Assembly (NCBI GenBank): GCA_051859245.1
Contig: JBHYGA010000004.1
Coordinates: 768,001 to 832,000, forward strand
Length of the DNA stretch: 64,000 nt
Reading direction: 5' to 3'
DNA from: Gemmatimonadaceae bacterium
GTDB taxonomy: Bacteria; Gemmatimonadota; Gemmatimonadetes; Gemmatimonadales; Gemmatimonadaceae
In this document: positions 1 to 8,654 of the stretch, piece by piece
How positions within the stretch are numbered: the first letter of the stretch is position 1
Layout of the letters: each line of letters opens with the position of its first letter
Notes under the pieces: generated by a model
What the model was told of the DNA's origin: nothing
Database searches by the model: none
What the model saw: the letters and a program-made list of their open reading frames with translations, nothing else
Translations under genes and position numbers: made by a program

Positions 1-1
1 G

Positions 2-187
2 TTTGTGTGGCACGCCTTCTTCTGGCCACGTCGTCAGGGCGGACATCATCGCATCCGCCAGCGCGTCTTCTGCCAGTGCGAGATCGCGCGTGCGGCTGGA
101 AAGAATCGCCACCAGCCGCCCATACGAGTCGCGTGCGACTCGCTGGACAGCTTCGTGCGTGACTTCAACGTTTCGATCGAGCGCCAT
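2..187 (-). CDS. ECF RNA polymerase sigma factor, ECF42-like (5' part; runs off the window)
   Basis: Manual translation MALDRNVEVTHEAVQRVARDSYGRLVAILSSRTRDLALAEDALADAMMSALTTWPEEGVP matches sigma-70 region 2 of DGPF-associated ECFs; lies directly downstream of a DGPF gene. Confidence 0.85.
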   Translation of the reverse strand, partial: MALDRNVEVTHEAVQRVARDSYGRLVAILSSRTRDLALAEDALADAMMSALTTWPEEGVPHK

Positions 188-195
188 GCCGTGAT

Positions 196-558
196 TTACG
201 GCGCGGGCGGTGGCGGCAGCATCGGACGCACTTCTACAGAACCCTGTGCCGCTGACGGACACTTCGCGGCCCAGGCCAGTGCCGCATCAAGATCCGGCAC
301 GTTCACCATGAACAGTCCACCGAGCATCTCGTGTGTGTCAGCGAATGGACCGTCCTGCACCTGTCGCTTGCCATCACGCAGGCGCACGGTTGTTGCCATG
401 TCCGGCGTTTGCAAGCCAGCACCGCCAGCTGCCACGCCAGCTTCGACCAGCGCGCGAGAATACGCGGTGTAGGCTGACCAGTAGGCCGTCGCGCGCTCCG
501 GATCGTTGCGGGCGGCAAGTTCGGCGGCCGTTTCGTAAACGAGAATTGCGTACTGCAT
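196..558 (-). CDS. YciI/DGPF domain protein
   Basis: MQYAILVYE...VQDGPFADTHEMLGG...WAAKCP...GSVEVRP; GAGGAG RBS upstream of ATG 558. Confidence 0.92.
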   Translation of the reverse strand: MQYAILVYETAAELAARNDPERATAYWSAYTAYSRALVEAGVAAGGAGLQTPDMATTVRLRDGKRQVQDGPFADTHEMLGGLFMVNVPDLDAALAWAAKCPSAAQGSVEVRPMLPPPPAP

Positions 559-619
559 TGTGGGAATGCTCCTCATGATTGGTTGTGCGGCCGTGGGGAT
601 CGCGGCTGCGCAACGGAAT

Positions 620-646
620 GACGCGCTCGATATCAGCCAATCGACA
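620..646 (-). promoter_or_regulatory. Putative ECF42-type promoter (TGTCGA-N17-CGTC) for the DGPF-sigma operon
   Basis: Minus strand TGTCGA ttggctgatatcgagcg CGTC; matches the ECF42 consensus as I recall it (TGTCGA / CG[A/T]C). Confidence 0.7.
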
Positions 647-680
647 TGCCGGCGCAACAATTCACCAGCAAGGCGCAGCA

Positions 681-707
681 TGTCGATTGAGCGTCGGCTG
701 CCGCGAC
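681..707 (+). promoter_or_regulatory. Putative ECF42-type promoter (TGTCGA-N17-CGAC) for the exported YciI paralogue
   Basis: Plus strand TGTCGA ttgagcgtcggctgccg CGAC, same spacing as the divergent copy. Confidence 0.7.
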
Positions 708-771
708 ATTGGTCACGAGGGCGACAACGCCTGTTGCCTGAACACACGACCGTTCTGTGGAGAACCACATC

Positions 772-1212
772 ATGACCCGTCGATTCCTGCCCGCTGCGTT
801 CGCACTGCTCCTGCTCGCAACATCTGCTCCGCGCGTGTTGCGCGCCCAGAGTGCGCCACCAGATCGCATGTACACCGTGCTCATCTTCGAGCGTGCCGAA
901 GATCTCGCGCGACGCAACAGTACCAAGGACGCGGCATCTTATTGGAATGCGTACAACGAGTTCGCCGGTGCACTCATGAAAGCTGGTGCGCTTCGTGGTG
1001 GCTCGGCGCTCGCAGAGAACACCGTGCTGACGGCGCGCGGCAACGGCGGCGCCGACGCTGGTGTTCGTGGCGCGAAACTTGGCGGCTACTTCGTGATCGA
1101 GGCTGCGACGCCCGAGGAAGCGCTACGGCTGGCCAAGCTGGCACCCGCATTTGCTGTGACCGTTGAAGTACGGCCGCACCGGGCCAATCCATCGGCGCCC
1201 ATGTCACCCTGA
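772..1212 (+). CDS. YciI-family protein with N-terminal signal peptide
   Basis: MTRRFLPAAFALLLLATSAPRVLRAQ signal; shares YWxAY..ALxxAG..GG..L and VEVRP with the divergent DGPF gene; GGAG RBS. Confidence 0.82.
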   Translation: MTRRFLPAAFALLLLATSAPRVLRAQSAPPDRMYTVLIFERAEDLARRNSTKDAASYWNAYNEFAGALMKAGALRGGSALAENTVLTARGNGGADAGVRGAKLGGYFVIEAATPEEALRLAKLAPAFAVTVEVRPHRANPSAPMSP

Positions 1213-1275
1213 AAGCTCGGCCACCGTTTCGGCCGGTGCGTTGCCCCACAGGGCCAACTGCTCCACCTTTCAGGG

Positions 1276-2037
1276 ATGCCCTCGTACGTCGACTCCCGCA
1301 TTCCGCGCCGCCTTGCCGGCTGGCGCAGTCCCGCTCTCGGTCTCGAGATGCCCATCGTTCACTACGGGTGGGGCGGGCAGCCTGTGCTGCTCTTTCCCAC
1401 CGCTGCTGCGGACTATCTCGAGAACGAGCGCTTCTGGCTGGTCAAAGCCATTGAACCGCTCATCGGTGCCGGTCGCATTCAGGTGTTTTCGATTGACAGT
1501 ATCAATCGACTCGCCTGGATGGACCGCAAGATGCCCGTGCAGGAGCAGGCGCGTCGACAGGCGCTGTACTCGCGTTACATCGAAGACGAAGTCGTGCCAT
1601 TCATGCGTCATGCCGTGGGCGATCCGGGGGCGCGTCCGATCACCACCGGCGCGAGCTTTGGCTGCTTTCACGCCGCGAATGCGCTGTTCCGGCGCCCCGA
1701 TCTGTTCGGCGGTTTGATTGGCATGAGCGGCTTCTATGACCTGTCGCCGAGCTACTTCAAGGGATTCACCAACGAAAACGCGTACTTCAATAATCCCATG
1801 TGGTACGTGGCCAACCTCGAGGGTGGACCGCTCGACACGCTGCGACATCACACGCGTATTGCGCTGGTGGCCGGACAGGGAGCGTACGAAGCGCCCGACG
1901 CCACGCGATCGTTTCACGACCTGCTCGACCGCAAGAGCATTGGACACATTTTCGATCTGTGGGGTCATGATGTGAATCACGACTGGCCATGGTGGCGAAA
2001 AATGTTGCCACACTATCTGGAGCGACTCGGATGCTGA
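1276..2037 (+). CDS. Esterase family alpha/beta hydrolase
   Basis: GASFG nucleophile elbow; C-terminal WGHDVNHDWPWW motif. Confidence 0.9.
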   Translation: MPSYVDSRIPRRLAGWRSPALGLEMPIVHYGWGGQPVLLFPTAAADYLENERFWLVKAIEPLIGAGRIQVFSIDSINRLAWMDRKMPVQEQARRQALYSRYIEDEVVPFMRHAVGDPGARPITTGASFGCFHAANALFRRPDLFGGLIGMSGFYDLSPSYFKGFTNENAYFNNPMWYVANLEGGPLDTLRHHTRIALVAGQGAYEAPDATRSFHDLLDRKSIGHIFDLWGHDVNHDWPWWRKMLPHYLERLGC

Positions 2038-3305
2038 AGAAATCTGCGACGGTGCTTGTTGCGCTCTCGATCACGTTCACGAGCGCTGCACATGCGCAAG
2101 CACCGCGTATGCAAACCGCCGACCTGGCCACGCGCGTTGCCCACGCGCGCACCTTGTTGCGTGACGTGCCGCTTGTTGACGGCCACAACGATCTTCCGTG
2201 GGCCATGCGTCAGTTCGCTAACGCGCCGCTTGATGTCGACGCGTACGACATCAGCAAACCGGTGCCGGGGCATACGGACCTTGCACGTTTGCGCAAAGGC
2301 GGCGTGGGCGGACAGTTCTGGTCTGTGTATGTGCCGGGCGAAGTGGCCGATTCCGGCTACGCGCGCATTCAGCTCGAACAGATCGACATCGCCCGACGTG
2401 TGATCGCGCGTTACCCGCGTGACTTGCAGTGGGCACTCACCGCCAGCGAACTGCGTGCGCAGCACAAGGCCGGACGCATTGGCTCCGTGCTCGGCATGGA
2501 AGGTGGGCACGTCATTGAAAACTCGCTGGGCGCATTGCGTGCCTACTACGATCTTGGTGCGCGCTATCTCACACTCACGCACAACGTCACGCTCGACTGG
2601 GCAGACGCGGCCGGTGATGCGCACAAACACGGTGGACTCACCGAGTTCGGACGTGAAGTCGTGCGCGAGATGAACCGACTCGGCATGCTCGTGGATCTGT
2701 CGCACGTCTCGCCGGGCACGATGAGCGATGCCCTTGATGTCTCTGAAGCGCCGATCATTTTTTCACACTCGAATGCTCGCGCGATCACCGATGTGCCGCG
2801 CAATGTGCCAGACAGCATTCTGCGGCGTTTGCCGGCCAACGGCGGCGTGGTCATGATCACATTCGTTCCCGGTTTTGCCTCGCAAAAAGTGGCTGACTGG
2901 GGCGCGCGCCTGAATGCGGTGGCGAAGGCGGCGGGCACGGATGCCGACGCGCAGTTCAAAGCCGTCGCGGCATTTCGCGAAGCGAATCCACTGCCACGTG
3001 CGACATTGTCCGACGTGGCAGATCATATTGACCATGTAAAGAAAATCGCCGGCGCTGCACATGTTGGACTCGGTGGCGACTACGATGGCATTACCGATGT
3101 GGTGGAAGGTCTGGAAGACGTGTCCAAGTATCCGGAACTGCTCGCGGAACTCATGCGCCGCGGTTGGACGGATGCGGAGCTCAAGGGCCTCGCGGGCGAG
3201 AATGTGCTGCGCGCCATGACGCAGGCTGAGAAGGTCGCGGCGCGTTTGCAGCGTGAGCGTCCGGCGTCCACCAAGACCATTCGCCAGCTCGACGGCTCGC
3301 GGTAA
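2031..3305 (+). CDS. Membrane (renal-type) dipeptidase, peptidase M19, secreted
   Basis: DGHNDLPW, GMEGGH, VDLSHVS, FSHS, GLGGDYDG motifs; signal peptide from ATG 2031. Confidence 0.93.
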   Translation: MLKKSATVLVALSITFTSAAHAQAPRMQTADLATRVAHARTLLRDVPLVDGHNDLPWAMRQFANAPLDVDAYDISKPVPGHTDLARLRKGGVGGQFWSVYVPGEVADSGYARIQLEQIDIARRVIARYPRDLQWALTASELRAQHKAGRIGSVLGMEGGHVIENSLGALRAYYDLGARYLTLTHNVTLDWADAAGDAHKHGGLTEFGREVVREMNRLGMLVDLSHVSPGTMSDALDVSEAPIIFSHSNARAITDVPRNVPDSILRRLPANGGVVMITFVPGFASQKVADWGARLNAVAKAAGTDADAQFKAVAAFREANPLPRATLSDVADHIDHVKKIAGAAHVGLGGDYDGITDVVEGLEDVSKYPELLAELMRRGWTDAELKGLAGENVLRAMTQAEKVAARLQRERPASTKTIRQLDGSR

Positions 3306-3489
3306 CACACGCTCGCGCGAGCGACGGTCGCGCGTGGTGGGGACAACTTGAATCGTCTCGTCCCCGCACCGCGCCGGTCGGCCTTTCCTGGGTGAGATCG
3401 ACGCGCTCCAGCGCTAGCGTACCGCTCGTCCGTAGGCTGTGTGTGAGCGCATTTCGCGCTCGCATTTCCTGAGTTTCCCGGAGTGCGTG

Positions 3490-4665
3490 ATGTCGATTGA
3501 TCGTCGCGGTTTTCTCAAGGCGGGTGCGCTCGCCGGTGGTGCGCTCGGACTGGGCCTCACGCCTCGCGCTGGTTTCTCAGAAACGCCAGCGCCTCGCGTC
3601 TATACACCCGATGGCGTGGAGCAGCGACCGGCACCACTGCGCATGCTCATTCTCGGTGGTACGGGCTTCATCGGGCCGGCCCAGGTTGAGTACGCCATCG
3701 CGCGCGGGCACACGGTCACGCTGTTCAACCGCGGACGCACGAATCCGTCGCTTTTCCCGAACGTTGAGAAGCTTGTGGGTGACCGGAATGCGCCCAACGG
3801 CTACGACGCGCTCAAGGGCAATCGCGAATGGGACGTGGTGATCGACAATCCCACTACCTATCCGCGCTGGGTGCGCGGTGCGGCCGACGCGCTCGCCGGT
3901 CGCACCAAGCACTACATGTTTGTGTCCACGATTTCTGTGTTCAGCGACTACTCGAAGCCGCGTATGGCCGAGGACGGTCCGTTGCACGAGCCGGGCGATC
4001 CCACGGCGACCGCGATGACGCCCGCTGGTCCGGCGTCATACGGTGCGCTCAAAGTGCGCTCGGAAATGGACGCGCGCGAGCGATTCGGCGCGAACGTCAC
4101 GGTGGTGCGCCCGGGCTTGATCGTTGGTCCCGGAGACTTGAGCGATCGTTTTTCGTATTGGCCCGTGCGGATCGAAAAAGGCGGCGAGATTCTGTCTCCG
4201 GGTTCGCCAGACGATCCCACGCAATACGTGGACGCGCGTGATCTTGGCGAGTGGATGATTCGTCTGGCTGAGAATCGGGTGTTCGGCACGTTCAACGCCA
4301 CCGGTCCGGCCACACCCACGAACATGGCGCAGATGTTGTACGGCATTAAGGCCGTCACCTCGAGCGATGCACGGTTCACGTGGGTCGACGCCGACTTCCT
4401 GCAGGCCAACAATGTGCGCGGCTGGAGCGAGATGCCCGTATGGCAACCGGCGCGCGGCGGCTCGCTCGGTTTTATGCAGATCGACTGCAGCAAAGCGTAC
4501 GCGGCGGGGCTCACCTTCCGTCCGCTCGCTGACACGGCGCGGGACACCCTCGCCTGGTATCACACACGTCCTGCGGACCAGCAGGCGCAGCTGCGCGCCG
4601 GTATTGCCCCGGACAAGGAAAAGACCGTACTCGCGGCGTGGCACGCGCGCGCAAAAGGTGGCTGA
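3490..4665 (+). CDS. NAD-dependent epimerase/dehydratase family protein with Tat signal
   Basis: DRRGFLK twin-arginine motif; LILGGTGFIG Rossmann motif; YGALK. Confidence 0.9.
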   Translation: MSIDRRGFLKAGALAGGALGLGLTPRAGFSETPAPRVYTPDGVEQRPAPLRMLILGGTGFIGPAQVEYAIARGHTVTLFNRGRTNPSLFPNVEKLVGDRNAPNGYDALKGNREWDVVIDNPTTYPRWVRGAADALAGRTKHYMFVSTISVFSDYSKPRMAEDGPLHEPGDPTATAMTPAGPASYGALKVRSEMDARERFGANVTVVRPGLIVGPGDLSDRFSYWPVRIEKGGEILSPGSPDDPTQYVDARDLGEWMIRLAENRVFGTFNATGPATPTNMAQMLYGIKAVTSSDARFTWVDADFLQANNVRGWSEMPVWQPARGGSLGFMQIDCSKAYAAGLTFRPLADTARDTLAWYHTRPADQQAQLRAGIAPDKEKTVLAAWHARAKGG

Positions 4666-4732
4666 TTACAGCGTCCAACGCTGGTGATCACCGCGAGGTG
4701 ATCGATCACCACCTTTGCCAAGCAGGTGTGGT

Positions 4733-5086
4733 ATGTCGGTGTTTCTGCGCACAACGCTGTTGCTTACGCTGTCCAACATGTTCATGACGTTCGCCTGGTA
4801 CGCGCACCTGAAGGATCAGGCGAGCAAGCCGTGGTACATCGCGGCGTTGGTGAGCTGGGGAATCGCGCTGTTCGAATACATGATTCAGGTGCCGGCCAAT
4901 CGCATTGGCTACACCACGATGTCGCTGCCGCAGCTCAAGATTCTGCAGGAAGCCATCGCGCTGCTCGTGTTCATTCCGTTCGTGATTTTCTACATGAAGC
5001 AGCCCATCAAGATCGACTATCTGTGGGCGTCGCTGTGCGTGATGGGGGCGGTGTTTTTCATGTTCCGGGCGCAGAGTGGGGGGTGA
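4733..5086 (+). CDS. Small DMT family membrane protein
   Basis: SNMFMTFAWYAHLK, SWGIALFEY..QVPANRIG, QLKILQE conserved motifs; four hydrophobic segments. Confidence 0.88.
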   Translation: MSVFLRTTLLLTLSNMFMTFAWYAHLKDQASKPWYIAALVSWGIALFEYMIQVPANRIGYTTMSLPQLKILQEAIALLVFIPFVIFYMKQPIKIDYLWASLCVMGAVFFMFRAQSGG

Positions 5087-5131
5087 TGGTCCGCGGCATC
5101 GGGGTGGCGCGGGGGAACGGCAACGGCATGG

Positions 5132-5253
5132 ACCACGGAGTCGTGGAGGCGCGGAGGACAGCACGCGGTGGCCATCCCCCCCAGTTTTGCACGGGTCGAT
5201 GGGTCGCGATCTCGCGCGCGCAGGCAGTCTCCGTGTCTCCGCGTCTCCGCGGT
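5132..5253. repeat. Degenerate inverted-repeat element built from 8-bp tandem units
   Basis: Left arm accacggagtcgtggaggcgcggaggac vs reverse complement of right arm accgcggagacgcggagacacggagac. Confidence 0.6.
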
Positions 5254-5341
5254 AAACGCTGTTCTCCCAGCTCAGCTCGTAAACCATCCCAGCGGACGAA
5301 GCCCCTCTCGGCAAACCGGACCAGCGCCCATAGGGACCCAC

Positions 5342-5371
5342 TTGACAGCGTTAGGTTAACATCGTTAAGCT
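5342..5371 (+). promoter_or_regulatory. Sigma70 promoter of tetR (TTGACA-N18-TAAGCT) overlapped by TAAC-N3-GTTA palindromes
   Basis: TTGACA 5342-5347, TAAGCT 5366-5371, palindrome TTAAC-atc-GTTAA; ATG 6 nt downstream. Confidence 0.75.
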
Positions 5372-5377
5372 AACCCC

Positions 5378-6040
5378 ATGTCCGTGTCCTCCCCCGCACC
5401 GAAAGCCGGCCCCGCGGCCCGCCGCGTCCGCCAGAAGGAAGAAACCCGCGCCCGCATCCTGGACGCGGCCCGGGAGCTCTTCGTGGAAAATGGCGTGGAG
5501 GCCACCACCATGCGCGCCATCGCGGCCCGCATCGAGTACACGCCCACGGCCATCTATCACCACTTTCGCGACAAAGAGGCGCTGATCGAGGAGCTCTGCT
5601 ACCTCGACTTCCGCGCCCTCGCCTCAGCGCTCATCCGGATCGGAGAAATCGCCGACCCGATCGAACGCATCAGGCGCATGGGAATCGCATACGCCGACTT
5701 CGGGTTCGACAATAGAAGCCAGTATCGATTCCTCTTCATGACACAAACGCAACATGAGCGGCTCGATCTGTCCCGAATTGAAAAGGACAACCCGGAACAG
5801 GACGCCTACGGTTTCCTCGTCATGACGGTGAAGGAAGGGCTGAGCAAGGGCCTTTTCCGCCCCGAGTTTCAGGACGAACACCAGCTGGCGCAGCTCTTCT
5901 GGAGCGGCTTGCACGGCCTCGTCTCCCTGCATATCGCCAAAGAAAATGATCCTTGGATCGACTGGCGTGATCCCAAGTCCACCATTCGACTCGCGATCGA
6001 CGTCATGATTCGCGGTACGCGACGCAACAGCCTCACCTGA
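5378..6040 (+). CDS. TetR/AcrR family transcriptional regulator (WHG-type C-terminus)
   Basis: RARILDAARELF..G..ATTMRAIA..IEYTPTAIYHHF HTH; WSGLHG. Confidence 0.95.
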   Translation: MSVSSPAPKAGPAARRVRQKEETRARILDAARELFVENGVEATTMRAIAARIEYTPTAIYHHFRDKEALIEELCYLDFRALASALIRIGEIADPIERIRRMGIAYADFGFDNRSQYRFLFMTQTQHERLDLSRIEKDNPEQDAYGFLVMTVKEGLSKGLFRPEFQDEHQLAQLFWSGLHGLVSLHIAKENDPWIDWRDPKSTIRLAIDVMIRGTRRNSLT

Positions 6041-6124
6041 TTCTCCGCCTGCCCCAGGTCAACAGCCTCGCTCCCGCGAGGCTCTCTTTGGCCCAAGTAC
6101 CTAACGTTGTTACACAACATATCG

Positions 6125-7555
6125 ATGTTCACCAAAACCCGCGCCGCCACGGCACCGCTCACAGACTGGATGCGACGAATGCACCAACTCCTCACCGTGC
6201 TGAGCGCGGCCGCACTGCTGCTTCCGGCCCAACCGGCAAAGGCCCAACCGACCCCCGCACAACCCGCACCAACCGCCGCGCAGATCCTGGACGAGCTCGT
6301 GCGCACGGCGCTCGAGCGCAACCTGGCCCTCCAGCGACAGCGCCTGAACACCGACCAGGGCGCCAGCGGCGTGCGACAGGCGCGTGGCGTGCTGCTTCCC
6401 ACACTCGCCGTGGACGCGCGGTACTCCGAGTTCAGCGGGGTGGTCAACATCGGCGACTTCATCAATCCGGCCTACGCCGCGCTCAACCAGCTGATCGGCG
6501 AAAATCGATTCCCCACCAACGTCGCGGCCACGCTCCCCTTCCGGCAGGAAACGCGACTCCGCGCTACACAGGTGGTCTTCAACCAGGGCGCCATCGAACA
6601 GTGGCGGCTCGCCCGCACGCTGCACGGCGTCACGCGCGCACAACAGGAACTCGCCGCCCGACAAATCGCCAGCGATGTGCAACTCGCCTGGCTCGGCTAC
6701 GCGGCATCAACCCGCGTGGTCGACGTCTACAAGTCCTCGCTCGACGTGCTCGCCGAAAACGAGCGCGTGGCGGACCGACTGTTCAACAACGGACAAGGCA
6801 CGGTTGACGCGGTCTACCGAGCGCGCGCCGACCGCGCGGAGCTCGCACAGGAACTGGCCAACGCCGAACAACAACGTGATGCCGCACGCCGAGTGCTAAA
6901 CCTCATGCTCGACCGCGATCCTGACGTGGACATCACGGTGGTCGACGACAGTTCGCTGGTTCGTGCACTGCCCACCGATCGCCTGGCCACACTACGCGAC
7001 GCGCTCGCCAAACGCGAAGAGGCGCAACAGGCAGCACTCGGCGTAGATGCCGCATCCCGACAAATCAAACTCGCCTCGTCGGCGTTCTTGCCAAGCGTTG
7101 CCCTCGCCGCTGACTGGGGCGTGCAAGGCGATCAATACCGATTTGATGGCAGCGGCAACGTGGCCGTGGCCTCGCTCGTGTTGCAGTGGAATCTGTTCAA
7201 TGGCGGACAAGACGCCGCACGACGCGAACAAGCGACTCTCGAAAAGCGCAAAGCCGAACTCACGCAGCGCGAAGCGGAGCGCTCTATCACGCTGCAAGTC
7301 GCGCAAGCGTGGGATGCGGCACAGGTCGCCGAACGTTCACTGGGCACGGCCGCGGCGAGACTCGAAGCCGCGAGACGCTCGTTCACGCTTGTGTCCCGTC
7401 GCTACGACGAAGGACTGGCGCCGCACGTGGAATACGTGGCCGCACGGGCTGCATTCACGCAAGCCGAGTTGAACGCTGTACTCACTCGCTTCTCGTACGC
7501 GGCCCGCCGCGTTGAACTCGAACGCGCCGCCGCACTGCGCGCCCTTACGCCCTGA
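6125..7555 (+). CDS. TolC family outer membrane efflux protein (start uncertain: 6125/6170/6179)
   Basis: Signal peptide, two OEP repeats (ALERN, FLPSVAL, WNLFNGG); precedes MFP and RND genes. Confidence 0.9.
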   Translation: MFTKTRAATAPLTDWMRRMHQLLTVLSAAALLLPAQPAKAQPTPAQPAPTAAQILDELVRTALERNLALQRQRLNTDQGASGVRQARGVLLPTLAVDARYSEFSGVVNIGDFINPAYAALNQLIGENRFPTNVAATLPFRQETRLRATQVVFNQGAIEQWRLARTLHGVTRAQQELAARQIASDVQLAWLGYAASTRVVDVYKSSLDVLAENERVADRLFNNGQGTVDAVYRARADRAELAQELANAEQQRDAARRVLNLMLDRDPDVDITVVDDSSLVRALPTDRLATLRDALAKREEAQQAALGVDAASRQIKLASSAFLPSVALAADWGVQGDQYRFDGSGNVAVASLVLQWNLFNGGQDAARREQATLEKRKAELTQREAERSITLQVAQAWDAAQVAERSLGTAAARLEAARRSFTLVSRRYDEGLAPHVEYVAARAAFTQAELNAVLTRFSYAARRVELERAAALRALTP

Positions 7556-7565
7556 GGAACAGAGC

Positions 7566-8654
7566 ATGACCACCCCGATTGTTTCGTCAGCGCGCTCGCG
7601 CACCAACCCGGCTCACACTCGTATGCCACGCCACGCCCTCGTCTCACTCCTCGCCCTGCTGGCCATTGGCTGCAGCGGCGCTGAAGCAACACCAGACAAT
7701 GAAATCCCGCCGGTGCCGATTACGCTGGCCGATGTCTCGCGAGAGTCGGTGTCGCGCGCCATCACGGCCACGGGATCATTTGGACCCAAGGACGAGATCA
7801 GTCTCTCGTTCAAGATCGGCGGCATCGTATCGCGCATTTCCGTGGACGAAGGCGATATGGTCGCACGCGGCGCCGTACTCGGCGCGCTGGACCTTCGCGA
7901 AATCGACGCGCAAATCACCAAGGCCAAAACAGGATTCGATAAAGCCACGCGCGATCTCGCACGCGTTCGTGCACTCTACGCCGATAGCGTGACGACACTC
8001 GCGCAACTGCAAGACGCTGAGTCTGCACTCGCCGCCGCGCAAGCGGATCGAGATGCTGCACAGGTCAATCGTGACTACGCGGTCATCACCGCACCGGTAA
8101 GCGGTCGCGTGTTGCGTCGTCGTGTGCAACCCGGCGCACTCGTGGCGCCTGGACAGGAAGTGATTTCACTCGGCAGCGACAATCGTGGTCGTGTCGTGCG
8201 TATTGGTGTTCCCGATCGCGACGCCGTCCGTCTCGCGATTGGACAGGTTGCACAGGTCACGTTCGACGCCACACCTGGCACCACCTACACGGGACGCGTA
8301 TCACAACGAGGCGCGGCCACCGACGCACGCACTGGCATGGTCTCGGTGGAAATCACCGTGACTGGCGCTGACGCGTTGCCCGCTGGTACGGTGGCGAGCG
8401 TGTCCATCGCCGTACCGTCCACCACGCAAGTGACGCTCGTACCGGTAGAAGCCATCATCGAAGCGGACGCCGACTCGGCCACTGTGTACAGCATGAAAGA
8501 CGGCCGAGCCGTGCGACACGCCGTGCGCGTGTTGTTTGTAAACGGCGCGCAGGTGGCTGTGGAAGGCCTCGATAGCGTGCAGCGCGTGGTACAAAACGGC
8601 GCCGCGTATCTCACGGACGGCGCGGCCGTTCGCGAAGTGAGTGGTGCCAAATGA
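7566..8654 (+). CDS. RND efflux periplasmic adaptor (membrane fusion protein), lipoprotein
   Basis: LAIGC lipobox; SFKIGG..V.EGD.V..G..L, ITAPVSG motifs. Confidence 0.92.
   Translation: MTTPIVSSARSRTNPAHTRMPRHALVSLLALLAIGCSGAEATPDNEIPPVPITLADVSRESVSRAITATGSFGPKDEISLSFKIGGIVSRISVDEGDMVARGAVLGALDLREIDAQITKAKTGFDKATRDLARVRALYADSVTTLAQLQDAESALAAAQADRDAAQVNRDYAVITAPVSGRVLRRRVQPGALVAPGQEVISLGSDNRGRVVRIGVPDRDAVRLAIGQVAQVTFDATPGTTYTGRVSQRGAATDARTGMVSVEITVTGADALPAGTVASVSIAVPSTTQVTLVPVEAIIEADADSATVYSMKDGRAVRHAVRVLFVNGAQVAVEGLDSVQRVVQNGAAYLTDGAAVREVSGAK

Noticed and set aside
3328..3375. Imperfect hairpin after the dipeptidase gene
   Set aside because: No U-tract and no recognisable RNA family; cannot assign
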